Made by a program: the position numbers and the translations under genes | Notes under the pieces: generated by a model | What the model was told of the DNA's origin: nothing | Seen by the model: the letters and a program-made list of their open reading frames with translations, nothing else | The model's database searches: none | In this document: in pieces, positions 1 to 13,848 of the stretch | How the letters are laid out: each line of letters begins with the position of its first letter | How positions within the stretch are numbered: position 1 is the stretch's first letter | From: Eledone cirrhosa | Lineage: Eukaryota | Assembly: GCA_964016885.1 (NCBI GenBank) | Contig: OZ024756.1 | Span: forward strand, 25,048,001 to 25,112,000 | Length of the DNA stretch: 64,000 nucleotides | Reading direction: 5' to 3'

Positions 1-206
1 GTATGTATGTATGTATGTTGGTATGTATGAATATGTATGTATGTATGTATGTATGTATGAATATGTATGTATGTATGTTGGTATGTATGAATATGTATGT
101 ATGTTGGTATGTATGAATATGTATGTATGTATGTTGGTATGTATGAATATGTATGTATGTATGTTGGTATGTATGAATATGCATGTATGTATGTTGGTAT
201 GTATGA

Positions 207-237
<31 letters not shown>

Positions 238-545
238 TGTATGTATGTATGTATGTATGAATATGTATGTATGTATGTATGTTGGTATGTATGAATATGT
301 ATGTATGTATGTATGTATGTATGAATATGTATGTATGTATGTTGGTATGTATGAATATGTATGTATGTATGAATATGTATGTATGTATGTTGGTATGTAT
401 GAATACGTATGTATGTATGTTGGTATGTATGAATATGTATGTATGTATGAATATGTATGTATGTATGTTGGTATGTATGAATATGTATGAATATGTATGT
501 ATGTATGAATATGTATGTATGTATGTTGGTATGTATGAATATGCA
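1..545. repeat. (ATGT)n-based compound microsatellite with TTGG/GAAT variant units
   Basis: Directly visible tetranucleotide repeat. The ORFs here (MYVC...) are artefacts. Confidence 0.95.
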
Positions 546-793
546 TGAACTTGTGTTGGTCCTGTGCCTAGTTACGGTGTAACTAGGCATAGTCGTGGAG
601 GCTATGCTTCGGAGGCAAGCTTTCAAGAAGAAGAATATATATAAACACATACACACACACACATATATATATCTTTCCTCCCTCTCTTCGAACTCTTTAT
701 TTCCTGAAAAAGAATGTATGTCCGAAACGTCAAATCTAATAAGTCTTTGTGTTTTCGTATCTCAGTATTTGTCTTGTCATTTCTTGAACTATA

Positions 794-851
<58 letters not shown>

Positions 852-1273
852 TTACTTATTCGGTGTATAATCCAATTTGTACTCGTTAAGCACCCTCGGG
901 TCCCAAATGATAGGAATGGGGGTTGGAATAAGTGTGTGTGTGTGTGGGGGGGGGGGGGGGTTGGACATTTGCTTAAATTCTTATAAGCGAGCTGGGGGGG
1001 GGGGGGGATTGGTAACTGTATAGTGTACGCTCGTAAATATGGGATTTCTCGAAATGTTCTTTTTTTTTTTTTGTCATATATAATGTTTTTTTTTTAATGT
1101 AAAATAAAATAATTATTAAATTCTCCAGCTGCTGTGTCGATATGAATCACTTACACTAAAATTTCGTCGGAGATAGATTAGCAAAATTTAATAAGCGGAT
1201 ATGGTGATGTGGGGGTGATGAAATAAAAAGAGGGTGGTTGGAAAAGAAATTTGATAACTTATTAAATGAAGGT

Positions 1274-1304
<31 letters not shown>

Positions 1305-1389
1305 GGGCAATTATTCAAAACCTGAAACTAATTAGAAACAATAAAAATATGAAACAAAGTAAAGAAGGCCAGAGAGAGATTTTCCTTAC

Positions 1390-2053
1390 ATAGAATCCAG
1401 CCGGCAAACAGCTTGACGAGGAAATCTGGTGGATCGCAGGATGGGAATGGAATCTTGAGGATATATAGCGATGCTGTATAGGAAAGAAAAGCCCAGAATG
1501 TCCCTACTATTAAGAAGTTGTAACCCCAGAGAACGATAAAGGCTGGCAAAGGGCCCAAAATTTCCAGAACGTAAAGATATATTCCACCGCAAGCGGGAAA
1601 CATGGCTGCCAATTCGAGAGTGACTAAGGCTTGTAAGAGGTTACCCAACCCACCAACTAACCAAATTATCAATGATGTACCGATTGACCCCGAATTTTTA
1701 AAAATGGCCGTCGGGGAGATGAAAATCGATACGTGACCTATTATAGCGACCAATAAACTCACACTAGTAACCAAACTAATGCTTTTCTTCAGTCCTATAC
1801 TCTCCTGGCGAGGAAGAGGAAGAGGGGAAGAAGAAGAAGGAGGTGGTTTCTGTTGTTGTAACGGGATGGTCTTTAGACTTGTGTTCCTTATAGTGCTAAT
1901 TTCAGGTTGGGTGGAGGAACCACCAGGCAGTGAACCATAATCCCTGTCAGGAATGAATGCCTGGTTATGATAGACCTCTTTCCCCTCCTGGATTTCATTC
2001 ATCCCATTCGGATTTAAGACTAGTTTTCGATTTTTCATTTTCCGATTCTTCAT
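1390..2053 (-). CDS. First coding exon of an SLC7/APC-family (LAT-like) amino acid transporter; gene continues beyond the window's left edge
   Basis: The ORF has LKKSISL...IIGHVSIFISPTAIFKNSGSIGTSLIIWLVGG...ELAAMFPACGGIYLYVLEILGPLPAF...FPSCDPP, matching LAT TM1-TM4 motifs. A GTAAGG splice donor follows 'WIL' at 1389. The start Met is uncertain. Confidence 0.85.
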
Positions 2054-2130
2054 TTATTTCCTTAATTATATATATATATATACACTGGTTTATATATGCA
2101 TATTATTATTTATATATATATCCCTTTCTC

Positions 2131-2254
<124 letters not shown>

Positions 2255-3529
2255 GGTTCCTTGTTTTCCTTTTTTGGTATTTGACTCTTTTTTTCTCAAT
2301 TCTTCTTCGATTTTCAACCTGCAAAATTGAAAACAAATATAAATGAAAACAAGAGTAAAAACGACAGCAACAGCAGAAAAAAAAAACACCGCCACCAACA
2401 ACAACAAAAAAGATAGGAAAATGACCATGAGCCATACAATGCCATAGATCGTGCAGATAATGTCAAGAAGTACATTCGACTTTCTGACACTCTGATATGA
2501 AATCATCGATTACACAAGTGAAACTTCAGATTACTGGAACAGCCTAAACCATTTGCCAATGAATCGAAGGCTTTGTACCAGTGAGAAAACCAGAAATTTC
2601 CAGGGTTTAAAATCCTCTAAAGAATACCGTAACTACAAAATTGGAATTATAAGGAACTGTTTATTTAAAAAAATATTTACTCTCTTCTTGGAAACGTAAA
2701 TACTCATATCTACAGCTTGCATTGCTAAATCACAAAACCCACCTTAGCAATACTTTACGAAATCGCAAACCCTCACGCCTTATGATATTTTATAACATTT
2801 CCAACCATGTCTTTCAACATATCACTCATTGATTTTATATAAAATGACAAAGATCCCCTTCGGTCATGAATAACTATGGATTTTGCATCCTCCGAAGCAT
2901 AAGCCTGCCCAGGCAATGTGCTTTTTGTGGAAGACCAGAGGTCGCCCGTACATACCAGTTTCCCATTTCCATGCCAGCCACCGTTATTATCCAACGGAAA
3001 GCCAATGGCCGATACTTGTCAGCAGTGATGTCGCAACTCATCTCTACAGATGAGTGAACTGGAGTAACGTGAAATAAATGTCTCGCTCAAGGACACACGC
3101 ATCACCCGGTCTGGGAGTCGAGCTCACGTTGTGAATCCTACTCTCTGACCACTAAGTCACGCATCCTTACCTTTATATAGACCCCGCTCCATATCCAAGA
3201 CAGGTTTAACATATGTGATTAACGTTAACTCTCTGGCCCCAAATATGGTATCTTTATATCCCCCTGTCATCATATTCTTTCCTTCCCTATGTTTCCTCCC
3301 ACCCAATGTAACTCTTACCAAAATGTCTGTACACTGTTGTCACTATACTTATATAAAATAAACATATAAACGTTTACACAAGTCCCCAACTGTGCTTTAC
3401 TCAGATAAATGTCAGTCAATATGAGCGTGTGTGTGTGTATATGTGAATGGATATATTAATATATATTGATAATATATGTGCGTAGACGACAGGCTAAATT
3501 TCAATATTGAAAATAATTTCTAGGCAGAG

Positions 3530-4370
3530 CTGTTCTGCTAGAGAACGGGTCGCAGGTGGCGGATAATAATACGGCTACCAGTTATGATGACTAGTTGCGA
3601 TATAAGCGGGCAACTGACGGAGAACTACTAAGGGAGATGGAGCAATGGGTGACACCTGTACCTCCCGAGAAAACTCTCACAACCCAGAGACGTAGCTATG
3701 GCGAGATTAGTAAAGGCCGCCTCTAAATAGGCTTAGTCTTCGCGGATTTGACAAAATAAGGGATTAGAAACTGGTGCGAATAAGACCATGAAAAGAAACT
3801 GCAATATGATGAGGAAAACAAAAAAGAACAATACCCCATCGTCCTTCACGCGTGATAACAAGGGACGCCTTCAGGCCTTAGGTAGAGGGGCCTGTTCTAA
3901 AAATATATTGCAGTCTTCATTTCGTGCCGCAAAAACTGGCGATGGGCGTGTGACCTGTCCTGGGAGACGTGGGATGGAGTGCGTATCCCGAGACCTCAAA
4001 GAGGATCCGAAAGCGAGTAAATCTTGACATCTGGAACTTGGAACATCACAAACCTTACAAGTAAAGAGCAGGAACTAGTAAAAGAGGCTAGATGCTACCG
4101 GTTAAATACAGTCGGGGTTTCCTCAACAAAGTTCCGTGGCTCTGATATTGTAGATTTGGATGGAGGATGGAAATTTCCTTATTCAGGTGGGGCGCCAGAA
4201 ATGACTGCGCAGGCGGGAGTGGGGATACTCATGAGCCCCAAGCTGCCAGAATGTGTTATGGATTGGATCTCATTAGGAGGGAGGATTTTCCTTTTGAAGT
4301 TTAGGCTCTGTGGGTGGTGCAATTTTATGCACCAAACACGGTGTCCGAAACCGTTCTGCACGCACTCGTC
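3530..4370 (+). mobile_element. 5' part of an RTE-like LINE (5'UTR + degenerate APE endonuclease)
   Basis: The translation GTWNITNL...VGVSSTK...AGVGIL is an APE N-terminus. 3841-3990 recurs at about 15461-15622. Confidence 0.7.
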
Positions 4371-4857
4371 CAGTGTCCGTGCATTACTGACTTGTGGAGT
4401 TATGTGGAACAGCTGCTATCACGTGTTGGAGGGATCCGGTGATCGACCCAGTCCACAGTGACGATCGTCCCGCCGCCTGCTTTTGGCCGGGAAAGGCAGG
4501 CAGTTATAATTTATCTTGTGGTCGTAGCGGAAGAGGCTGTGTGGTGGACCATGTAGAAAGGAAGGTGTGGGTGGAGAGAGAAGTGTTGCCCCCAGTACAT
4601 TTGCATGCGCCTGTAGGCTGGTTGATTTGAGGAGGAGAGGGAGTACTCTCCTCAGGTGCTCTCGAAGCGTCGGATAGTTCAGGATTGGTGGGGTTCCTGA
4701 GTCGCCCCTGGTTAGTTCTCCTATTGAGGAATCTTAGTTATATTTTCCTTATCTTCACTTTTTACTCAATGTTATTTTAAAGCCTTGCTGTCCCTGTTTT
4801 TCTTTTTGCATTGTCTCCTATATGTAGGCCCTTTTGGCTAATAAAGTATTATTATTA

Positions 4858-5412
4858 GTGGATTGGCAGTATTGGTAGAGGGTCAGACGCCATGCTTTCT
4901 AGCATAGTTATGTCCCTTTATGATCTGAGTTCAAATCCCGCCGAGGTTAACTTTGCCTTTCATCCTTACGGGGTCGATAAAATAAAGTACCAGTAATGTT
5001 CTGGATAATTGCTGATCTTGTGCCAAAAGTAGAAACAATTATTATTATTACTGTCAACGCTGAGTGGCGGTGTATTGGCAGTAACGGTAGAGCGTCGAAC
5101 AAAATGTTTTACGACCTTTTCCGTTCTGAGTTCAAATCTTATCCTTACGGGGTCGATTTAATCGACTTTCCCCTCCTACCAAAATCGTTGGCCTTGTGCC
5201 TAAATAAGAAACCATTATTATTCTGGATTGGCAGTATCGGTTGAGGGTCGGACGCCATGCTTTGACGCATAGTTATGTCCCTTTACGGTCTGAGTTCAAA
5301 TCCCGCCGAGGTTGACTTTGCCTTTCATCCTTACGGGGTCGATAAAATAAAGTACCAGTAATACACTGGGGTAAATAGCTGGCCTTGTGCCAAAAGTAGA
5401 AACAATTATTAT
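4858..5412 (+). mobile_element. Cluster of tRNA-derived SINE copies
   Basis: Box A-like TGGCAGTATCGG, box B GAGTTCAAATCC, core CTTTGCCTTTCATCCTTACGGGGTCGATAAAATAAAGTACC and an (ATT)n tail. Many copies in the window. Confidence 0.85.
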
Positions 5413-5615
5413 TCCCAGAGTTACAGTTTTCACTACACTATGTTGCAATTATAAGTACTATTGCGACAATAGAATTCCTTATTAAATCCAAGGTCACTTG
5501 TTTACTTGACAAAAATCAACCATGCATACATTTTTTGGGTATATATATATGTGCGTGTATGTGTATATATGTATATGTTTTTGTATATATGTGTATGTAT
5601 GTATATACGTATGTG

Positions 5616-5689
<74 letters not shown>

Positions 5690-5870
5690 AATGGAGGCGG
5701 TAAAAACTCACCAGAGTACTCGATACTTGGGGTAGTAGAGTGGGTAATATGAAAAATTCGGGATCCCGACGGCTGAGCTCCGGCCGTTTCAACAGCTAGA
5801 TCCAAACAGTTCGGATCTAGCTGTTGAAACGGCTGGAGCTCAGCCGTTGGGGTCTCGAATTTTTCCTATT
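5690..5870 (-). mobile_element. Fold-back mini-element, family B (HHR 3' half + tail)
   Basis: Palindrome centred near 5807. Shares GAAACGGC..GCCGTCGGGGTC and CTATTACCCACTCTACTACC with five other copies. Confidence 0.75.
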
Positions 5871-5879
5871 TATATATAT

Positions 5880-5950
<71 letters not shown>

Positions 5951-6065
5951 CATAATTGTAAGAAAAAACAAAAAGAAACTTCTTACCTTAGAAATATGAA
6001 ATACGGAGTGAGATGGAGAGTTAGGGTGACATAAGGGAGAAGGTTTTATGATATAAGTGGATCTA

Positions 6066-6225
6066 TCTATCGTCTGCTTGAAGCTGTCTATCGTCTATTT
6101 GTAGCTATTTAACGTCTGTTTAAAAGTGTCTATGGTCTGTTTGAAGTATCTATCGTCTGTTCGAAGCTATCTGGCATCTGTTCGAAGCTATTTATCGTCT
6201 GCTCGAAGCTGTCAATCGTCTGCCG
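6066..6225. repeat. ~21-bp minisatellite, about 8 degenerate units
   Basis: Consensus ATCTATCGTCTGTTCGAAGCT. Confidence 0.85.
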
Positions 6226-6723
6226 TATAATTCTAGAAACACAAGTAGTGCGACGTACTTATAAAGGTTTTACAAAAAAAAAGAAGAAAAAACTTTAAAT
6301 AATAAAGATAATAATAATAATAATAATGATGTGTCGTGAAGTACTTAACTGTCCTTACAAGGATACGTTATCACATCGACATGACGTAGGAGAGAGGAAG
6401 CAGAGAGAGAGGGGGAGAAATAAAAGGAAAATACCAATAAGATTAAAAATGGTAGAATAATAAAAAAAAAAATCATTTTGTAAAATACACGATGTTTTTT
6501 CTTCATATATATTTGATTTCATGCAGAAGAAAATATATAGTGGCAGTAGTGTTGATTACACGTACACATATATGTAAAGACACATACATACGCATATACA
6601 AATACACATATATAGGCATACATACATATGTATGCAAAAGAAGACAAACAGAAATAACAAAGCAAACGACACAGCACAAGGAAGAAATGTATTAGTTTTT
6701 TGCTTGATATAATAGGAAAAGAG

Positions 6724-6758
6724 TTTTAACGTTTCGGACACTAGCCCTTCACCAGAAA
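6724..6758 (-). ncRNA. HHR-like motif with core variant CUGGUGA
   Basis: Minus strand reads TTT-CTGGTGA-A-GGGC tagt GTCC-GAAACGTTA-AAA. Related copy at about 46421-46450 (+). Confidence 0.45.
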
Positions 6759-7638
6759 TTATAATTAGAAATTAAAGGAAAAAAAGAAAAAAAAAGAAAG
6801 GAGGGTGAGCAGTGGCAGAAACGAAAAAATATATATTTTATGAAAATTAGGTCTATTCAGGTACCATATCTTGGAAAACTGTTGAGCGTTGTTATATGAG
6901 AAGTTCAGTTGGTTGTATCTTAAAAGGCAGTGATCGAAGGCGCCTGTGCTGGCAAGGAAAAAAATCGTTTTCTATATAGTGTGTGTGTGTTGTTTTTTGT
7001 GTATGTGTGCATCCTTTTTTTTTTATCTTTATTCCCAAGCATAAACTTAATAAGTGGTTTTGCATCTCTGTGTTTGTCTTGTTTATTCTTGAACTATATT
7101 CATTTCATTTTCCGTCCGCTTTTTCCTGGGAACTGATTCTGGCTTGATGCCCTTCCTAACACCGACTTCATTTACAGTGAGTGCTGGGTGCTTTTTTGCC
7201 GTGGCACCTCCACGACCACTTTGCAATATGTGGAATGATATGGACTCCAGTCCCTATCATCTCATTTCTACAGCTGAGTAAACTGGAGAATTGAACTCAC
7301 AACCTTTCGATTGCAAGGCCAATGCTCTAACCACTAAGCCATGTGCCTCCATATATATATAATTCAAAATTATATATATAAGATATATGTCAGGTCACTC
7401 TAACCTGGTACAACCTGTTCCATGGTCGGGTCGTCGGTGACTAAACCGGCAACCCCACCAGGCTTGCCTGGTGAGGAGGGTGATTACTGGACATCCTGTA
7501 GGACAGAAAACAAAACCTGTCAAAGGGCGGAGGAACTCATGTGAGCCCACGGCCACCCATTAGCATGTACATATGTGAGTTGCAGTCAGATAAGGTTATT
7601 CTAGTTTCCCTGGATTGTCCTGCTACTGGCAACCATAC

Positions 7639-8012
7639 AATATCTATGGCGCTTGGGAAAACATTTATCAAGAGCTTTAAAAAATAGTTTAGCTAAAGGT
7701 GTTTTAATACTTAGTGAAAATGGAGGAGCATACCAGATTATGTTTCTAGTTCTATTTCTTCTGTTACTTTTAGAGTTTATGCTAGGTTTCTTATTATAAT
7801 TATAATTAATATTATGGTTAATTGCCTTATCATTGTTGTCGATGTATTTAATTTCATTTATATAGCCTGCTCTACTTAAAGCTTCGTTATAATATTGTGC
7901 CTTATTTTCAAATATATTTTTATTCGCTGAGATTTTTTTTTTCATTTTCTCGGACATTCATTTGCATATTCACACATAACTTTGAATTACCCTTAATAAA
8001 TTTTCACTATCC
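7639..8012 (-). mobile_element. Truncated second copy of the EN-only PLE derivative (see 21390-24195)
   Basis: Near-identical to about 23556-23929, including the MSEKMKKK/ISANK junction. Confidence 0.9.
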
Positions 8013-8876
8013 CTTCGATTCATTCTTTGGTTTGGGATGTCTAAGGTCCTGGATGTTGTTTTAGGGCACGTTGGAATCCATTGTTGATTAAGGATGGTGG
8101 GTAATTCCTGCTAATAAGTATGTTCTTTAATTCTTCTAGTCGTATGTAGCAGGTGTATTGATCAGATATTATTGTGCAGATCCTTTTGGTTAGGTTGTAA
8201 GGAATGTTCATTTTGGTGTGTCTAGGGTGGCATGAGTTGAATGGAGGGTATTGTTTGGAGTCTGTGGGTTTATAGTATATGTCTGTTTCAATTTTGTTGT
8301 TGGTTTTCTTGATAAGAATGTCGAGGAAAGGAAGTTGTTCATGGCTGTATTCCATTGTAAATTGAATGTTTGTGTTGAGTCCATTTAGAAATGTTTTAAA
8401 TTCAATAAGTCTTTCTATACTTTCATGCCAGAGGATGAAACAATCATCCAGATATCTCTTCCAGTTTTTTTCTATGTGGAGGTAGAAGGAGTTTCCGTAT
8501 TTATCTAGTACTTTTCGGTAGAGGGTGATTTCCAAGGATCCCATAACAAGATTGGCGTAAGAGGGGGCCATTTTTGTGCTCATGGCAGTCTCGGATTTCT
8601 GTCTGTAGAATTTGGCATCGAATTCGAAGTAGTTATTCTCCAAGATAAATTTGAGTGCTTCTATTACAAATTTTTTTATGATGCAGTGTGGGAGTTCATT
8701 GGGGGTAATTTTCTAACTAGAATTGGACTGCCTCTATTCCTAGGTTGTGTGGGATATTTGAATAAAGATTGATTACATTGTAAGACACCCACTAGTAGGG
8801 TATGTTCACTAGTAGTGTTTTGGGGAGGTGGTTGAGCATATCAAGGTCGTCCCTTATGTAGCTTTTAATGTGTTTC
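8013..8876 (-). mobile_element. Penelope-like reverse transcriptase fragment (degenerate)
   Basis: NYFEFDAKFYRQ..TAMSTKMAPSYANL, WKRYLDD, LPFLDI and YYKPTDSKQY..FNSCHP are PLE RT and thumb motifs. Confidence 0.9.
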
Positions 8877-9318
8877 ATATATATATATATAAACACACAC
8901 ATATATCAACATCGTTTAATGACCATTTCCCCTGCTAGCATGGGTTAGACGGGTTGTCCCATTAGGGTGACAGTGTCTTGCTCATATAGAACTGTGTCTG
9001 GCTAGGTTTCTATGGCTGGATGCTCTTCCTAATGCCAACCACATTTACATTCAGTGTGCTGGGTGTTTTTGTCGTGGCTCCTACATGACCACTTTACAGT
9101 GTGCGCTGGTTGCTTTTTTGTTCCTATACCAACCTAACTTTACAGTGTAAGTGTGGTGTGGACAGAAGGGTGTTGGAGTGTGTATGGAAGTGGGTATAGT
9201 GGTTAAGAGGTGCCTACTATATATATGTTGGAGTCTGTGTGCATGGGAAGGTGCGTCTTATGTATTACTGCATAACGCCAATTGTCTTTGAGAGGTGCAA
9301 TTGCACAGTCAGCTTTTA

Positions 9319-9600
9319 TCACCTCATCCCAGGTCCTCCTATTCCATAGCTTCCATCAATTTTGACCACCCTACACCTTTTCATACAGCTGTCATCCTTC
9401 ATACGTATCACATGACCATACCAATGCAATCTCCTCTCTAGCACACATCTGATCCCTCTTATGTCTAATTTCTCTTTCAGTTCATTTACACTTTGCTGTT
9501 CGTGTATATTATTATTACACATCCATTGGAGCATGCATGCTTCATTTCTTTCACAGGTCCTCTACACACAGTGTTCAGGTCTCACTAGCACATAACATTG
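9319..9600 (-). mobile_element. LINE RT 3' fragment (RTE-like)
   Basis: ERRLHWYGHVIRM motif. Confidence 0.7.
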
Positions 9601-10189
9601 TTGTTCATATTCATTTTAAGAGAAAAACATATCTCTCACAATATTTACCTTTAGTGTCCCACAGTGCTTGTACTACTGGACAGCTGTTTACAATATATAA
9701 AGGACTAAATATATATAGCCAGGTTAAGGAGTTTTCATTGCCATGATAATATACCTGGTTTGATCCCACTGCACAGAACCTTGTGCAAGTGTTTTCTGTT
9801 ATAGTCATAGTTCTCTTCAAGCCATGGGTAGTTCTCTTCAAATTGGGTAGACTGAAAATATGTGGAAGCCTGTCAGATGGGTAGTACTTGTATTTCAAAG
9901 TGCCAACTTTAACACACAGTATCAAGCTAAGTATTATGTTAAAGGTACAAGTGTCGGTGGAATACTCAGCCACATATACTATACTTCAATGAATTGTTAG
10001 TTGAATTGATTAAACATCTAAAATACTCATTGTCAAAATCAATGCATGACCTCCCTCCCCACATATATATATATAAATATATATCTGCATGTGTGTGAAT
10101 GTATTTTATATATGTATATTGTGTATTATGTATTGTATGTTATATATTGTATACACACCACTGATGGTGTGTATACAATATAGGTACCA

Positions 10190-10456
10190 GTGATGCCCTC
10201 TTCCTTGTGAGGCAATCACAGGAAAAGTACCTAGCTAAAAGTAAGCCGTTCTACCTGGCATTCGTCAATCTGGAAAAAGCCTTCGACAGAGTCCCCCATG
10301 CTATAATCTGGTGGGCTCTTAGAAAATTAGGAGTAGATGAATGGCTTGTGAAAGCTATACAAGCCATGTATAGAGGAGCAGTCAGCAATGTTAGGGTTAG
10401 CAATGACTATAGCGAGGAATTTAGCATACAGGCCGGTGTCCACCAGGGCTCTGTTC
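10190..10456 (+). mobile_element. LINE RT fragment (RTE-like)
   Basis: AFVNLEKAFDRVP...GVHQGSVL, interrupted by the inverted-repeat element at 10457. Confidence 0.85.
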
Positions 10457-10796
10457 TTACAGTAGATTGGAAGCACTCTACAAAAAATAATTTTCCAGAG
10501 TTATTAATATTAAAATACAAATATTAATAAAATAGATGTTCTTTTGATCAATTAAATTTTATTATACATATTTCAGAGGTACAACAGTACGTCCTCATCA
10601 GAGAAAATATAATGATACATGACATACCCTGAGATGTTAAATGGTTAAGATTTAATCAAATATGTATAATAAAACTTAATTGATCAAAAGAACATCTATT
10701 TTATTAATATTTGTATTTTAATATTAATAACTCTGGAAAATTATTTTCTGTAGAGTGCTTCCAATCTACTGTAAAACTCATTCTTTGATGTACTCA
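10457..10796. mobile_element. Inverted-repeat mini-element containing an HHR
   Basis: About 115-bp arms (10457-10573 and 10658-10774) enclose an antisense HHR. Same family as 60715-60905. Confidence 0.8.
10556..10608 (-). ncRNA. Minimal type I hammerhead ribozyme motif
   Basis: ATTTTCT-CTGATGA-GGACGTAC..GTACCTCT-GAAA-TATGTA-TA-ATAAAAT. Confidence 0.65.
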
Positions 10797-11860
10797 TATA
10801 TATATATATTATCATATATTTTAATGTATTTAACTGCTCGGAAGAGCCCCTTTTCCTGGAACTTAATTATTGTAAACAACAGAGTTTATTCTCAAAATAG
10901 AATATAGTGTATGGCTCCTTTATTGTAGAGCTGATCTTTAATCCTGCATAAGCGGCTGTTATTTCTAGCACCGTGAATGTGGGACGGCTAGTTTGGCCTG
11001 CCTACGCACGTGTAGTCAGACCTGCAAAATTTTTGATGTGAGATGTACTAATTTTACTGGATTCCTGTTGATATGCACAGAAGATTTGGATATTTCCCTT
11101 TTTTATTTCTATTCCATTTTGATTCTCTTTATTTTTCAATTCACATACCACTATTGCGAAACTGATTTGGGTTTCGAGGTTCAAATTCGTCTACAGAACA
11201 GGTTTGAATTTTGAAATTTAAATCTGTCCAGGAATCATGGCCGTTGCCAATATAAGCTTGTCTTTATTGACTTATATCGAGACAGACAAATTGTATTCAC
11301 TTTAATTAGTTTATTTCATTAATAGCTAACTTTGTCTGTTGCAATGTAAACACATTTCGTGTTTATCATATATTTTTTAATGTATTTAACTGCTCGGAAG
11401 AGCCCCTTTTCCTGGAGCTTAATTATTGTAAACGACTGAGAGTTTATTCTCAAAATAGAATATAGTATATATATATATATATATATACACACAATATATA
11501 TATATACACATACACACTATATATATATTATATATATTATCATCATCATCATTTTACGTCTGCTTTTCCCTGCTATATATAAAGCACCCAGTACACACTT
11601 GGCGTTAGGAAGGGCATTTAGTCATAGAAACTAAGCCAAAATCAGTTCTGTATGAGAAAAATATGCTCATCTGACCTCACTTGTCTCACAAGACAGTTCA
11701 TCTAGCATGGAAAATGGATGTTAAACGGTGATGATGATATATATATATTTATATATAAGCAGTGTGAATTAGAATACAGTTGAAAACTTTGAAAATAGTT
11801 GGTTTTCTGAATTTAGTGTTGACCATTAGCATAATATAACTCTAGATTTGATTGCTCCTC

Positions 11861-12550
11861 TTATCTTGTACCAAACCAGTAGCCTCTGAGGAAGCGATCA
11901 CAGTGTTGCCCAATATGCCCATTGAAATCACCAGTCATGATTATGTCACTGCCACTTGTTAAAGAGGTAGTCTGCGTAATGGACTCATAAAAGTGGTCTC
12001 TCAGTTCATCTGCCATTCCTGATTGTGGTGCATATTCAGAGATAATTGTTACTGTTGTTTTATCTATGACAAGTCTAAACTTAATGATTCCATCACTCAC
12101 TCTAGCCACCACAATTACCTAGTCTACCCATTTTAACAGGATACCTACACCTCTCAGTCCCTGATTGTTATTTATCCAGAAAAATTTGTAGCACTGTTTC
12201 TTGCCTGTGAAGAATCAGGCTAAGGCTACTCTCAATCTAGTCTCTTATATGCAGTGCTAGATTTAGGAGAAATGAGGCCCTGTGCTAGTTAAGTTATGAG
12301 GCCCCTAACATTTGAAAAATTCATTGTAAGTTTTTTTGGCAGGAGGATGGGTTCCCCTGGCCAACAGGACCCTGTGCTTAAGCACAATTGTAAATCCGGC
12401 ACTGCTTATATGCAACATATGTAACAACACCTCAACACATTTTAACACAATGTTCTTTTTTCTTAGTCTTGCCACACACAACCATCTTAATACTGACCTA
12501 CAAGCTCAGAGCCCCATAACTTAGACAACGTTCTCTAGTGGATGAACTAA
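11861..12550 (-). mobile_element. LINE APE endonuclease relic with a small insertion
   Basis: YAPQSG...GDFNGHIG motifs. Confidence 0.75.
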
Positions 12551-12684
12551 TGGTGCTACTTGCACACAGGGGGAACTATAGAAAAATTTCCCTTTGGAAA
12601 AACATCAGTTCGTTTTTCAACTCAGCAACTGAGAGATCATTTGTTTCTTCAGTCTTAAAATGCAGCATTATATATCAGTTTGCG

Positions 12685-12870
12685 GTGGATTGGCAGTATC
12701 GGTAGAGGGTCGGGTGCCATACCTTGCAGCAAAGAGTTACGGCTCTTTATGGTCTGAGTTCAAATCCCGCCAAGGTTAACTTTGCTTTCATCCTTACGGG
12801 GTCGATAAAATAAAGTACCAGTAATACACTAGGATAATTGCTGGCCTTGTGCCAAAAGTAGAAACAATTA
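12685..12870 (+). mobile_element. tRNA-derived SINE
   Basis: Same family as 4858-5412. Confidence 0.85.
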
Positions 12871-13848
12871 TATACAGTTTGCACTCTCACTAGCCAGCTT
12901 TGCTGGGGTCAACACGAGCTGAGAAAATCTTACCAACACAACTCAGGTCAATTAAATGTTACTACATTTGCACATATAACACGCGACAACGACACATATA
13001 TTCTTTTTCCATTGTTCATTGCTGTACATGAGTTTTAAATAAATCAATGTTACAAATAAAAACATTAAAATTAGCGGTGTCTTGTTCATTTGTATCCATG
13101 GGATATGGGAAAATGATCTTCTCCACGGCAATATGACTGCACACCACATATGAGTACAACTTCATGTTTCTTTGACTCACTGAGACCAACTTCACTTGCT
13201 CACTCATCAACTTCACACACACACACACGCCGCCGCCGCTAAACATATACCTTATTGTTTTCGCTGATATCAAACTGGTACTTTATTTATCAACCTCGAC
13301 GTAATTTGAACTAAAAGAGTAGAGAGTCGGATTGAATACATTTTACATTCATTTAAATCAGTTATTTTCGTTCATAGACAACATTATTAAACACAATTTC
13401 ATTTTACATTCAATATATACAATATGAATTATTATTATTTTTTTTATTTTTTGTTATTATTGATAATAAATCATTAGGAATTTACAAATACAGTTCATTT
13501 ATATACTCGGCATATAATCTCTGCATATTATATAGTCAATGTTTAACAATTCATTTTCGTTCGCATATTACAAAAGGGGCGGGGGGGGGGGGGGAGAAAG
13601 AAAATGTGCGAGAGACTGTACAACTCAGTCTCGGTAGTGTAGATCAACCAAACCCCGTGGACAAATTGAATAAATACACTGCAGCGGAGAACGGCCAGTG
13701 ACACCCGTAGTATCAGCCACTCCACTTCACGAGGTTCGTTTTTCGTCAGGCGTGATCCACCTCGCTCGATTTTGCGAAGAAAAAAAAGCAACAGGAAAAA
13801 AAATGAAAACAAAAAGAATGCTCTCCCCTCACAAAAAAAAGTAAAGAG

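Noticed and set aside
11-548. MYVC/YIYI/THTH/CVCV-type ORFs here and throughout the window
   Set aside because: Microsatellite translation artefacts.
4858-5412. tRNA genes
   Set aside because: The A/B boxes are followed by a SINE core and tail, the sequence is multi-copy, and there is no clean cloverleaf.
6066-6225. CRISPR-like array
   Set aside because: Contiguous degenerate 21-bp units with no unique spacers and no cas genes, in a eukaryotic context.
7601-8643. A single contiguous RT-EN Penelope element
   Set aside because: Inverted-arm sequence (7958-8012) separates the RT and EN fragments, and both carry their own thumb end. They are two juxtaposed elements.
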